54,265 bases of DNA from a virus (lineage: Duplodnaviria > Caudoviricetes): the IMG/VR virus record IMGVR_UViG_3300044471_000002, positions 1-54,265 of that record; one strand, 5' to 3'. The stretch's first letter is position 1, and every line of letters starts with the position of its first letter. The notes below the pieces were generated by a model. It was given only the letters and a program-made list of their open reading frames with translations. It was not told the origin of the DNA and did no database searches. Positions 33,873-42,667 of the stretch are shown piece by piece. The position numbers and the translations under genes are program-made.

Positions 33873-34217
33873 TTAGAACTTATCGATGTCGCCGGAGACA
33901 GTCTTTACGCTGCCAGAAATGTTCTTGGCCTTAACGTCACCGGACACGGTATTGACGTTACCAGTGACATCGCCACACTGTACGTCACCGGATACAGTTC
34001 GCACCTCTCCCGCCGAGCCACTGACGCGTACATCAGACAGGTTGCCTGTGAGAGACTGCACATCGCCGTGGACCGTTACGGAAATAGGGCCGGTAAGCGT
34101 TCCGTCCTGCACCACGCCGTCTACAACTACTTGGTTGTTGCCGTTGATCTGAATGCTGTTGCCTTTAAACTCGCGGCCGTCGATGACCACGCGCCCGCCT
34201 TTCATACTGATATTCAT
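33873..34217 (-). CDS. Beta-helix repeat protein (DUF4097-like)
   Basis: Repeated V.TVSGDV units; GGAG RBS. Confidence 0.75.
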   Translation of the reverse strand: MNISMKGGRVVIDGREFKGNSIQINGNNQVVVDGVVQDGTLTGPISVTVHGDVQSLTGNLSDVRVSGSAGEVRTVSGDVQCGDVTGNVNTVSGDVKAKNISGSVKTVSGDIDKF

Positions 34218-34231
34218 GCCTATGTCTCCAA

Positions 34232-34275
34232 ATAATTATTTACGACATTATGCGCAATTATTTTCTATAACGCAA
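34232..34275 (-). promoter_or_regulatory. Sigma70 promoter with ATAATTAT box
   Basis: TTGCGT-17-CATAAT on the minus strand; ATAATTAT 34232-34239. Confidence 0.6.
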
Positions 34276-35589
34276 GCCGCGCCAACCGCCGTCAGCCTTG
34301 ATAGGCCAGCCAGCCGCCCAGTGTGGCGTCTGCTCCATGATCGCCTCGAACTCCTCGACCGAGCCGAAACCGTGCGGCACCTCGGCAATAATCTCGTCGT
34401 GGACGTGCATTATCACCGGGTAGCCTGCCTTATCGAGACGCAGCAGCGCGTCGGCTAGCAGGTCGCGGGCGGTCGCCTGGACAATATTTTCTACGAGCGT
34501 TCCACCCCACGTCCGGCATTTTACCCATGTGCCTCCACCACCCTTGCGTGGAGTGGCCATGTGATTTAAAACATCCGCGGGGGTGCTTCCTTCTACGGGG
34601 TAGGGATAGTCACAACGCACTCTTTCCATTTCCCCGTCTTCTGTTAGTCGTCCAGTTTCTTCCCACCTGACGTATTGAACCGTTATCCATGGTGAGTGGT
34701 AGGTCAACTCTCTCCCAGACGGCAGCTTGCAATAAAGCACGTTGTTACGCACTTGGTATGAAACATCGCGGTATCTTTGTATGGTTCCTTGGGATTTGAC
34801 AGCTTTGACTGCCGCCGCTTCTACCTCACGCCAAAACTTAACCACCATCGGGCTGGCTTCTCTCCACTTACGGACACCGTCCAGTATCTCTTTATCAGAC
34901 AGGTATTTGTCTGCGCCGAAGTTTTTCCAAGCCCCTATCCCTCCGCCGAACCCACTGCCCAATTCTCCCGGCTTACCGAGTGTCTTTCGAGTTGGGTGGT
35001 GCTGTCCGGTCTCTTTCTTGTGCTTTAGGTACTCATCAAATGGGATTCCTGTTATTTTGCTCGCCGACATCTCGTAGATCATGCCATGAGTGCGAAACAC
35101 TTCGAGTCGCCACTCTTCCCCAGCCATAGCGGCGATCACTCGTGCTTCAATGGCCGAGTAGTCAGAACAGATAAGGTCGTGACCTGGTGAGGCTATTAAG
35201 AATCCGCGTATCGAGCTTGTTATGGCTTTTTGGGCATTCCCCCATACCTTCTCCATAACAACGAGGTCACGATGGTTCAGCAAACGGATAACCGCCTCCG
35301 CCGATTCAGCGCCCCACTCTTCTGGGGAAAGCTTAACCCCACAGTGCTCCTTGTTCGATCTGCTGGTCACTTCATGACATTTCCCACATTTTGTGAGGTC
35401 GCTCTGGCAGAAAGGACACTTATCGTTATGGGCGCCGTAGTGTTCGCCGCAAGCGCCACACAACCAAGCATCTGGCCCGCTATTAGGATTGTTGTGCAGC
35501 TGCACACCTCTGCTGCAATTGTGGACGAGTCGTCCATTTACGACGAACCGATTCTTAGGGCCACAGTCAACGATGTCATACACGTTCAT
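34258..35589 (-). CDS. DNA polymerase family A, C-terminal half with N-terminal split-intein IntC (24 aa)
   Basis: MNVYDIVDCGPKNRFVVNGRLVHN|C; motif A SDYSAIEARV, motif B GK..ELG.GFGGG, motif C HVHDE; AAGGA RBS. Confidence 0.93.
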   Translation of the reverse strand: MNVYDIVDCGPKNRFVVNGRLVHNCSRGVQLHNNPNSGPDAWLCGACGEHYGAHNDKCPFCQSDLTKCGKCHEVTSRSNKEHCGVKLSPEEWGAESAEAVIRLLNHRDLVVMEKVWGNAQKAITSSIRGFLIASPGHDLICSDYSAIEARVIAAMAGEEWRLEVFRTHGMIYEMSASKITGIPFDEYLKHKKETGQHHPTRKTLGKPGELGSGFGGGIGAWKNFGADKYLSDKEILDGVRKWREASPMVVKFWREVEAAAVKAVKSQGTIQRYRDVSYQVRNNVLYCKLPSGRELTYHSPWITVQYVRWEETGRLTEDGEMERVRCDYPYPVEGSTPADVLNHMATPRKGGGGTWVKCRTWGGTLVENIVQATARDLLADALLRLDKAGYPVIMHVHDEIIAEVPHGFGSVEEFEAIMEQTPHWAAGWPIKADGGWRGLRYRK

Positions 35590-36535
35590 TTTTAGCTTTC
35601 CTTCTGGCCGCTGCTGCTTTAGCAGAGTCGCTTTTCTTCTTAAGGTGCGCTTCCCATGCCACTGGGTCACTCTTTAGCTCAGCCCAATAACGCCTCAAAC
35701 CGGCTGACGCTGCGGCTCCTTGCTTCTTGCGGTCTACGTTCTTTCTTGCCTCTGCCAGCTGTTTGGAAACTTTTTCAATCTCACCTGGATTTTCATACCA
35801 ACGCTTTCTAGACTCGGATATTTTTCTAGCCACCTCAAGTCTCTGTTCTTCTGTTCTTTCTGCCCATTGCCTAAAGGCATGTTTGCGGGATTCTATGCTC
35901 TTTCTCTTCTTTTCAGATGCGGACGTGCGCTCCCATCTTTCGCTCTGCACTCGGCTTTGGTGTTGTCTCTGTTCTTCTGTTGGGGTGTAGGAATGACGCT
36001 TAAAAAGACCTTGAGACTCTAGAATTTTTATCTGACGATTGGCGCATCTGATCGCCCTCCGCCCCATGTAGTAAGCCTGTCGAGCATTATCTTTACGCCA
36101 TTTAGCGTGGTTTTGTTTCATTCTCTCGCGATAGCTTTCCGAGTCTCGTTTAAGGCACCCTTCTCTCAGCCTAGCTATGTACCTGGCGTAGATAACAGGG
36201 TCTTTTCGAATGTCCTCCCAGAACTTTTTACTACCGTCTGCTCCGTCGTACTCACCACCACGGCTTACGTTGTATCCACAGCTCGGGTCGTTCGTACCCA
36301 AGGTTTGTATCAGCGAGACCTCGGCGGCTTTTGCCTCTTCGAGAGTCAGGCCACTCACGACAACCTCCATCTTGAAAGAGTCGCAGCCGTGTTTTCTCAT
36401 CGAGTCGTATAGCGGGTGGCGTTTATCGGGTGTGGTCTCCGCCTTTCTTTTGTGAGAAGACCACCGTTTTTCAGGACTTTTAGTTATTCCGACATAAGAC
36501 TTGCCGGTGGGTCCGACCAGCAGATAAACAAACAC
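35576..36535 (-). CDS. Free-standing GIY-YIG homing endonuclease
   Basis: VYLL-x7-YVGIT...KRWSSH...E..LI...GYN; basic helical tail; AAGGAG RBS before GTG 36535. Confidence 0.9.
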   Translation of the reverse strand: MFVYLLVGPTGKSYVGITKSPEKRWSSHKRKAETTPDKRHPLYDSMRKHGCDSFKMEVVVSGLTLEEAKAAEVSLIQTLGTNDPSCGYNVSRGGEYDGADGSKKFWEDIRKDPVIYARYIARLREGCLKRDSESYRERMKQNHAKWRKDNARQAYYMGRRAIRCANRQIKILESQGLFKRHSYTPTEEQRQHQSRVQSERWERTSASEKKRKSIESRKHAFRQWAERTEEQRLEVARKISESRKRWYENPGEIEKVSKQLAEARKNVDRKKQGAAASAGLRRYWAELKSDPVAWEAHLKKKSDSAKAAAARRKAKNERV

Positions 36536-36536
36536 G

Positions 36537-37892
36537 TTATGGCTCCTTTGGTTGGTAGATAGAGACACCTTTATCCCTTACCTCACCCAAAGTAGCATAT
36601 TGTGTAGTTGATGTAAAAACCAAGTGGTCCTCGGTGGCTGTCACGCCATCGTGCGTGATCACCGGCTTGTCACCCATCAGCACCAACCCACCATGTTGGA
36701 CAAAGTTTTCTCCATCCCACACCATATCGGTATCTTGAAGTTCCTCGATCGGTATTGAATGTCCTCTCCCGTCTCGCATGACATGGATCATCGACCCTTC
36801 GGCCACACACCAGCGCCCTGTGGCCGTCGCGCCTTGATACGTAAACACCCCACGGATTTTATGGTCTGCTGGGTCTTTAAAGCGCTGCATCGCGTATATT
36901 TTCTTGACCGCCGCACCACCCGCCAACTGTTGGATTTCTAACACGTCACGCACCACTTGCGGTATGTCATCCCGTTCTAACACCTCTTCCAGTGTTTCAG
37001 CCTGAGTGTCTGGTATCTCCACACCTTGTGAGCATACCCACTGACGCAACGCGGCATAGCTATTCGGTGACTTTACAGCACCCCCAGTCAAGACCAGCTG
37101 TTGCGGTATGTACTTTTGCTTCATCTGGCGGATCACCTCGATGGCGTTATCGAGCGTTTCAGAGTCCACACAGACACCCCGGGCATTAATACGCTGGTCG
37201 AGCTTCCAGACTTCCAGCTCGTAGGGGCTGAGCGGCGGCACGGCGTCGCTGAGGGCTATCTCTGCCCGCACGTCATCGGCGCAGTAGCCACCATTGATGA
37301 GGTGCAGCTCGGTCTGCGCTTCCAGCGTCAGGCGCTTGGACGGGTCTGCTTTTGTGGGCTTGCGCGGCATCCACAGCTTCTTGACCTGCAAGGCGGCCTT
37401 GGTGTCTTTCTGCTGCGCGCAACCCATAACCCGGCCAGCATCTTCCAGACTGCGAGGCAGACCATGCGCCGCACACGCGGCAGCCGAGTCGCGCAGCTGG
37501 TCAACTGGCAGAGGCGGGGCGCCCAGCTGGCGGGTAAAGACGTTGTTCCAGATGCAGTATTCAAAGAAGGAGTTGTGGGCTTCTATCAGGCCACCACGCG
37601 ACACATAGTCGAACAGCTCTTGCGGGGCTGGCAGCCACGGCATCCAGTTACGCACGCCCAGACCGTCGCGCATGTCGTAGGATAGCCACAAGCACTCGGT
37701 GGATGGGTGGCGCGAGTAGGCCCACGCCCCCACATCTTGGATGCCGCCCTTGGGGCCGACTTTGAGCCACTTGCCGTCAGCTGGAGACCATGTGTAGCCA
37801 GCCTCCGAGTAGGTCTCAAAGTCCATCGTCGGTAATTTATGGGCGACTGGGGGAGGAGGCGCCATGCCTGGGGGTGGTGGGGCTATTTGCAT
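36537..37892 (-). CDS. DNA polymerase family A, N-terminal half (3'-5' exonuclease + thumb) with C-terminal split-intein IntN (90 aa)
   Basis: DFETYS, AHNSFFE, YCADDV, LDQRINARG, ATGRW|CVAEGS...PIEEL...VWDG...ATEDHLVF. Confidence 0.93.
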   Translation of the reverse strand: MQIAPPPPGMAPPPPVAHKLPTMDFETYSEAGYTWSPADGKWLKVGPKGGIQDVGAWAYSRHPSTECLWLSYDMRDGLGVRNWMPWLPAPQELFDYVSRGGLIEAHNSFFEYCIWNNVFTRQLGAPPLPVDQLRDSAAACAAHGLPRSLEDAGRVMGCAQQKDTKAALQVKKLWMPRKPTKADPSKRLTLEAQTELHLINGGYCADDVRAEIALSDAVPPLSPYELEVWKLDQRINARGVCVDSETLDNAIEVIRQMKQKYIPQQLVLTGGAVKSPNSYAALRQWVCSQGVEIPDTQAETLEEVLERDDIPQVVRDVLEIQQLAGGAAVKKIYAMQRFKDPADHKIRGVFTYQGATATGRWCVAEGSMIHVMRDGRGHSIPIEELQDTDMVWDGENFVQHGGLVLMGDKPVITHDGVTATEDHLVFTSTTQYATLGEVRDKGVSIYQPKEP

Positions 37893-38116
37893 ACCGCAAT
37901 ACCTGCTAGGTGCTCAATGGCCGCTTCGAGTGCCAATCCAAGCGTGTGGTCACGGCCTATGTGATGCTCCCGAGGCGCAGAGCTATAAATGCAAACCTGC
38001 CATAAGTCTTGCCCCTCGTCATACTCGATACCCCAGCTACACTGACGAGCGCGGCACATGTCGTGCAGCTGCGTGATGTGCTGCACGAAATCTGGGTGGT
38101 GCGGTGAGTTATACAT
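37883..38116 (-). CDS. Hypothetical protein
   Basis: AAGGAG RBS before ATG 38116. Confidence 0.7.
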   Translation of the reverse strand: MYNSPHHPDFVQHITQLHDMCRARQCSWGIEYDEGQDLWQVCIYSSAPREHHIGRDHTLGLALEAAIEHLAGIAVCK

Positions 38117-38381
38117 TGTCGGTCTCCTTTCCATTAGTAGTAAAGATAGCCAGCCCAAGCAGGTACACGGCGGCCACAACCATCCACATGGGCTCGTCAT
38201 GGCGGATAGCCAGCGCGGCGTATGCAGCCCCAAGGCCATACGTCACGATAGGGTATGGCAGCACCGGCTTGGCCCATGGCAGGGTGGCGCAAGACAGCAG
38301 CATGGCTGCCAGAACCCATAGCTGCGCCTGCGGGAAAATCAGCGCCCAGAATACGAGCGTGTAATTGATGGCGGTTATCAT
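38109..38381 (-). CDS. Membrane protein
   Basis: Multiple hydrophobic segments; GAGG RBS. Confidence 0.7.
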   Translation of the reverse strand: MITAINYTLVFWALIFPQAQLWVLAAMLLSCATLPWAKPVLPYPIVTYGLGAAYAALAIRHDEPMWMVVAAVYLLGLAIFTTNGKETDNV

Positions 38382-38399
38382 GTGGTTACCTCTAGGTGT

Positions 38400-38427
38400 T
38401 AAAAAGGCCGCCACGTTGGGCGGCCTA
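38400..38427 (-). terminator. Terminator after the SSB gene
   Basis: AGGCCGCC-CAACGT-GGCGGCCTTTTT on the minus strand. Confidence 0.75.
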
Positions 38428-38445
38428 TAGTCGTGGCAGTGTGGG

Positions 38446-39273
38446 TTAGCCCAGAATGGCGGGTTGCGTCTTGGCGAAGTGGCCGTTAGCGACCAGCAGC
38501 TCCTCGGTCCAGCCTGCGTTTACCCAGTACGGCGAGGAGGCGTCAGGGTTGGCCTTCGCCAAGTCGCTGACCGGAACCAGGCGCGGCACGGCGGCAGGAG
38601 CTGGTGCCGGAGCGGGCGCTGCGGCTACTGGTGCGGGTGCAGGTGCCGGGATTGCAGCAGCTGCTGGCGCGGCTTGCTGCTGGATTGCAGCACCGAGCGG
38701 CTTGGCACCGGCTGGCAGCTGGAGATTAACCCCGCCAAACACCTCTTGGGCAGACGGGCCGGAGATAATCTCCTCGCCAGCGGCGGCAAGCATCACCATG
38801 TTCATGTTGACGAACACGCCTGCTTGCAGGCCATCGCAGCCGTTGCCCTTGGCTCCGCCACTGATAACGTAGTAGTAGCCCTTCTTGGCGACCTGCGGGT
38901 CGATGATCGGTTTGTAGGCGGTATCCACGACGCGGACGGGCTCGATGTTACAGCTGCGGCTAAACTTCACAATCCAGTGGCCTGCATAGCCGACCTTGTT
39001 CTTGTTGTCAGCGTCACCATCTTCGATCTTCCACGCGAAGGTCGGCTTCTGCCAGTCGCCAGTTGTTGCGTGCCCTTCCTGACCGGCCTTGTAGATCTCT
39101 TGGAACACCTCGGCAGGCTCCATGCGCCAGTCTGCTTGTGTCTTGGGGAACGCCAGAGCGGCGAACCAGTGATACTTCTCAGGCAGCAGCGGGTTACCTT
39201 TGTGGTCTTTGGTCTGCGGCTCGAAGAAGCCACCGGCCACGAGACGACCTACTGCGGTTACGAAATTACCCAT
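38446..39273 (-). CDS. Single-stranded DNA-binding protein (gp2.5/DUF2815-like)
   Basis: VGRLV.G...FAWKI.DGD...GYAGHWIVK...GVFVNMNMV...GEEI.SGP; Pro/Ala tail; between exonuclease and polymerase. Confidence 0.75.
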   Translation of the reverse strand: MGNFVTAVGRLVAGGFFEPQTKDHKGNPLLPEKYHWFAALAFPKTQADWRMEPAEVFQEIYKAGQEGHATTGDWQKPTFAWKIEDGDADNKNKVGYAGHWIVKFSRSCNIEPVRVVDTAYKPIIDPQVAKKGYYYVISGGAKGNGCDGLQAGVFVNMNMVMLAAAGEEIISGPSAQEVFGGVNLQLPAGAKPLGAAIQQQAAPAAAAIPAPAPAPVAAAPAPAPAPAAVPRLVPVSDLAKANPDASSPYWVNAGWTEELLVANGHFAKTQPAILG

Positions 39274-40487
39274 TATTGTTCTCCTTGAATGAAAGGTTTC
39301 AACCCGTCCGGCATGCCGGTTATGGTGAGTCGGCTCTTAGCCGCTACGGCGGGTCGTTTGTCTGACAGCGGAACCAACTCGACTCCGTTGTCGTCAGTGG
39401 TAATGTAGCTAGCCACGTCGGCCTTTGCAATAATTTTTTCTAACTGAGCCGGACTTTTTATTGATGGCTCTTCAAAAATCACATCATCCGAGTGGCCGAA
39501 CATGCGAAACAGCGCGATCGCCTCGGTCGGGTCGATCCAGCGACGGTTGGACCGACGCTGCACGAGCTTGTAGCCTGGGATATCCACGCCCATGTCATTG
39601 GCCTGCTGCGTGGCATATACTTGCAACGCGGTGAGTCTCTGCTCGACCCACTTCTTAGCCCCGCGCATCAGGTCATAGTCGGCTGCCAGCTGTGCAGGCG
39701 TCATGCCGTACAGCGCGTGATCTCGTGCGGCCTGCACTGCCAACGCCTGCTGGGTAGCAAAGGCCTTGTTCTCCGGACAGATAGCCTTGGCGCGGCACCA
39801 CCGGCATGCGTCCAGACTGGCAACCCGTGGCGCATCAGGCTGACATGCAGCAATGGCAGCCAGTCGGAAGCGCTCGGCCCATGCGTGCAGCTCGGCCCGT
39901 GTGAGAGTCCACATACTCGGCTCGCTGGTGATGCGCGGCTGATAGATGTGGAAGCTGGCGTATTCCAGCTCATCCCAGACGCCCAGCTTCTTGGCCAGAC
40001 CGATGCGGTAGAAAGCCCCTTGCGGGTTATCTACCGCATCGACCTCCTCACCCTTGCCGTACTTGAGGTCGATAGCGTGCAGGTGCTTCTCGGCCTCAAC
40101 ATACCCGCCAGAGTCGTTTGTCCCGAACATGGAGGGGTGGATGAAGGCGAGACTGACCTTTTGCTCGATAGATATCATAGGCCCACCTTCAACACTTTAA
40201 GAACGTAATCACGGTAAGCCTTGCCGTGCTTAATCATGTCGGCATCGATCATGTATTCGTTCTCAGGGCACTTCATGCCTACAACTGGCTTAATGTGTGG
40301 CTGATTGGTGGCCTCTAGCAATAATTGCTCCCCGACCCAATGGGCGGCCGTACCCTCGGCCGCGTACTTGCTGGGCTGCTCGGGCGGAGCGTGCTCGAGC
40401 AGGGCATTACTGCCTGGGCAGCCCATCCAGCGCTTAGCCCATCCAGCGCTTAGCGCTGGATGCCCCTAAGTTGGAGTGTGCTGTCAT
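39273..40487 (-). pseudogene. Cas4-like (DUF2800, PD-(D/E)XK) exonuclease, interrupted twice
   Basis: HSNLGASSAKRWMGCPGS, AAEGTAAH, EQKV, FGTND, IDLKYG, IYQPR, CRWCRAKAICP; 16-bp duplication at 40421-40452 and a frame change near 40178-40199; largest intact ORF is 39273-40178. Confidence 0.75.
40421..40452. repeat. 16-bp tandem duplication
   Basis: GCCCATCCAGCGCTTA x2, overlapping the palindrome CATCCAGCGC-TTA-GCGCTGGATG. Confidence 0.95.
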
Positions 40488-40699
40488 GACAGTGTGGTTC
40501 TCCACTGCTGGTTAGCGTAGCGGATGTGGCCTTTCTTGCGTAATGCCTGCAAGCGCCGGTCAACCACACGGTAAGGGTCGGTCTCTCTGTCTACAGCCCG
40601 CGCCATGGTTTGCAAATGAGCGGTCAGCGCGGAGGCAGTTCGGCAACCGTTCTGGATAAGACGCAGAAGCTCTGCGTCGAATAACTTATAGTCTCTCAT
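40484..40699 (-). CDS. Small winged-helix-like protein
   Basis: YRVVDRRLQALRKKGHIRY...W; coupled to both neighbours. Confidence 0.7.
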   Translation of the reverse strand: MRDYKLFDAELLRLIQNGCRTASALTAHLQTMARAVDRETDPYRVVDRRLQALRKKGHIRYANQQWRTTLS

Positions 40700-41751
40700 A
40701 CAGCTACACCCATCAAGACGGCAATTTCTGCCAGTTTGTCAGACCCGTCGGCGGCAGTCGCGCCGGAGGCGATCAACGCTTCGGCCACATTGCAGAACTG
40801 CTCGCGCTGCTCGGGTGTCAGCACCGTGATGGCGTGAGCGCCGCCAAACATGCGCAGCGACGCCACGGCGACCGTCGGCCCGACCTGCTTAATCATGGAG
40901 GTCAGCAAGTCTTTACAACGCTGTTCACTGGCAGATACCTGAGCGGACAGGCCAGCCGGTGCAGCTTGGGGTGCAGGCGCAGGGGCTACCGGTGCCGGAG
41001 CGGCTTGAGGGGCGGGCGCTACGGGTGCTGGCGCGGCTTGAGGGGCTGGGGCCGCAGGGGCAGGAGCTGGAGCAACAGGTGCGGGAGTGAGGGCGCCTAT
41101 GCGCTCAGCTTCGTCCATATGTTCAGCTGTCAGTACCTCAGCTTGCTTTTGAGCGGAGTCCAGTTCAGCGATAGTGCTGTCAGGCGCCGGGTCAGTGTCT
41201 ACCACACGGGTTTCCAGCTCGAACTGGCCGAGAAGGGGGCCCTTATACAGACCGGCGGCGTGGGCTTCGCGGGCCAGCTCTTCGTACACCGACTCGTACA
41301 CGTCGTCCGGGGTGTTTCGGCGGCGTTTCCACGTATCGTCAGCTTTGAAGGGGTTTGCCACGTCTCGTCCGGGGTGGATACGGTCGTCGCGCTTGATGCC
41401 CTCGGCGTCACGATCAGGCACGAAGGCTGGCACGTCTTGCGGCTCGCGGGCTACATTGGTGTGCTCGGGCATGGTGGCGGTCGTGACCACAACCTCAGCT
41501 ACGGTGCCAGCAGCCTTGGCGGCGTCATACTTGGCTTGGTCGGCGATCGTGCCGGGATCGACAATTCCGCCTTTAAGTTCGTCCATTGTGAGCGTGGGGT
41601 TGCTGCCGTAGTAAGGCGCAGCCAGCTCTGCGGGCATGCCGACTTTACGCGGTTCTCCGCTGTATCGCGTCTCGGCGTTGCACAGCTTGTCTACCAGCGC
41701 TTTCAGCTCGGTGGGGTCTTCGGTCAGGATTTTCAGTTCAAAACTAGCCAT
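40696..41751 (-). CDS. Hypothetical protein with Ala/Pro linker repeats
   Basis: GAGGA RBS; D.EG..D.RIH......TWKRRR motif; APQAAPAPVAP repeats. Confidence 0.8.
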   Translation of the reverse strand: MASFELKILTEDPTELKALVDKLCNAETRYSGEPRKVGMPAELAAPYYGSNPTLTMDELKGGIVDPGTIADQAKYDAAKAAGTVAEVVVTTATMPEHTNVAREPQDVPAFVPDRDAEGIKRDDRIHPGRDVANPFKADDTWKRRRNTPDDVYESVYEELAREAHAAGLYKGPLLGQFELETRVVDTDPAPDSTIAELDSAQKQAEVLTAEHMDEAERIGALTPAPVAPAPAPAAPAPQAAPAPVAPAPQAAPAPVAPAPAPQAAPAGLSAQVSASEQRCKDLLTSMIKQVGPTVAVASLRMFGGAHAITVLTPEQREQFCNVAEALIASGATAADGSDKLAEIAVLMGVAV

Positions 41752-41762
41752 CTTATCAGTCC

Positions 41763-41900
41763 TCATTTCAATGTGAGTTCGCCGTCTTCTACCTCGACGG
41801 ACGATACGGGGTGGTAAACTATCCGGCCGCCAGTATCAATGGCGACCAGCACTTCGATATCCAAATCAGGGCACTCGGCCACAATTTCGCCTAGGGTCAT
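41763..41900 (-). CDS. Small acidic protein (45 aa)
   Basis: GGAGG RBS; ATGA overlap; read by eye. Confidence 0.65.
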   Translation of the reverse strand: MTLGEIVAECPDLDIEVLVAIDTGGRIVYHPVSSVEVEDGELTLK

Positions 41901-42298
41901 ACGGCAACCCTCCGGCGTGGTAAGTAAGGCGCCTGCGTGGCTGCGGCCAGCACTACAGCGCGACGTACCGCAGCGGGCTTTTCTTCGGGCGTCAAGTAAT
42001 GCGCTACGCCAGATGGCTCCTTGTCGAAACGGATGCTAACACCGCCTTGGCTGTCAAACTCTTCTCGCACGCAGCTGTTGTTGTACGAGGCGGCAAACAC
42101 GGTATTAGGCGCAATAATGACGCTAATATCTAGCGCAGTTGCCAGCCGATGGTTGTCGCCGTCATCTCCCAGTGGGTTCCACTCTACACAACAGCCGTCA
42201 GCTCTGTAGCATGGGAACTCGCCAGCCATTTCTTGGTGCCACTCTATCTTTAACCCCTGAGCGCGTCCTGCTGCGTCTATTAATTCTTTGTCTGTCAT
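41897..42298 (-). CDS. Hypothetical phage protein (NinX-like fold possible)
   Basis: MTDKELI..A...WNPL.DDGD..RLA...RRAVV.AAA; AAGGAG RBS. Confidence 0.75.
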   Translation of the reverse strand: MTDKELIDAAGRAQGLKIEWHQEMAGEFPCYRADGCCVEWNPLGDDGDNHRLATALDISVIIAPNTVFAASYNNSCVREEFDSQGGVSIRFDKEPSGVAHYLTPEEKPAAVRRAVVLAAATQAPYLPRRRVAV

Positions 42299-42325
42299 GG
42301 TGCGTTCTCCTTGTCGATACGGCTC

Positions 42326-42365
42326 AATTTAATAAGCACTTGCGCCACTGTCAAGAAATAATTAT
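42326..42365 (-). promoter_or_regulatory. Leftward sigma70 promoter with ATAATTAT box at the divergence point
   Basis: TTGACA(42354)-17-TAAATT; ATAATTAT 42358-42365. Confidence 0.8.
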
Positions 42366-42402
42366 ATTGATTGTAACCTAATCAGCAAGAGGATGTGGCT
42401 AC

Positions 42403-42600
42403 ATGAAAACCCTTCAACAGATAGACGCCGAGATCGCCCAGTGCGAGCAGCAACTGGAAGCCCTGCACGAGCAGCGCCGGGAATGGGTGAACCATCTCGG
42501 GCTTAATAAGGCACCATGCGCTCACGATTTCGTGGATAAGGGGCCTCTTCATAAATATGAATGGGTGTGCTCTAAATGCGGGGTGCACGATGCTTCCTAA
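42403..42600 (+). CDS. Small coiled-coil + Zn-ribbon protein
   Basis: GAGGA RBS; CAH...CSKCG. Confidence 0.75.
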   Translation: MKTLQQIDAEIAQCEQQLEALHEQRREWVNHLGLNKAPCAHDFVDKGPLHKYEWVCSKCGVHDAS

Positions 42601-42667
42601 CTTCCATCCGGCGTGGCTGCTTGTGCCTGCAGCCGTGTGCCTATGGCTCTGGTGGTGGCTGGCATGA
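42590..42667 (+). CDS. 25-aa Trp-rich membrane micropeptide
   Basis: MLPNFHPAWLLVPAAVCLWLWWWLA; fills the gap and overlaps the helicase start (ATGA). Confidence 0.5.
   Translation: MLPNFHPAWLLVPAAVCLWLWWWLA

Noticed and set aside
35576-36535. Group I intron carrying the endonuclease
   Set aside because: The three ORFs abut or overlap, leaving no room for a ribozyme core, and both downstream ORFs have their own RBS
40950-41090. Tandem GC-rich repeats here and at 14362-14399, 38585-38670 and 31910-31947
   Set aside because: In-frame low-complexity Ala/Pro linker or short coding duplications
42300-42402. Lysogeny switch at the divergent promoter region
   Set aside because: The flanking genes do not resemble CI/Cro, and no integrase, ParA or protelomerase was recognised
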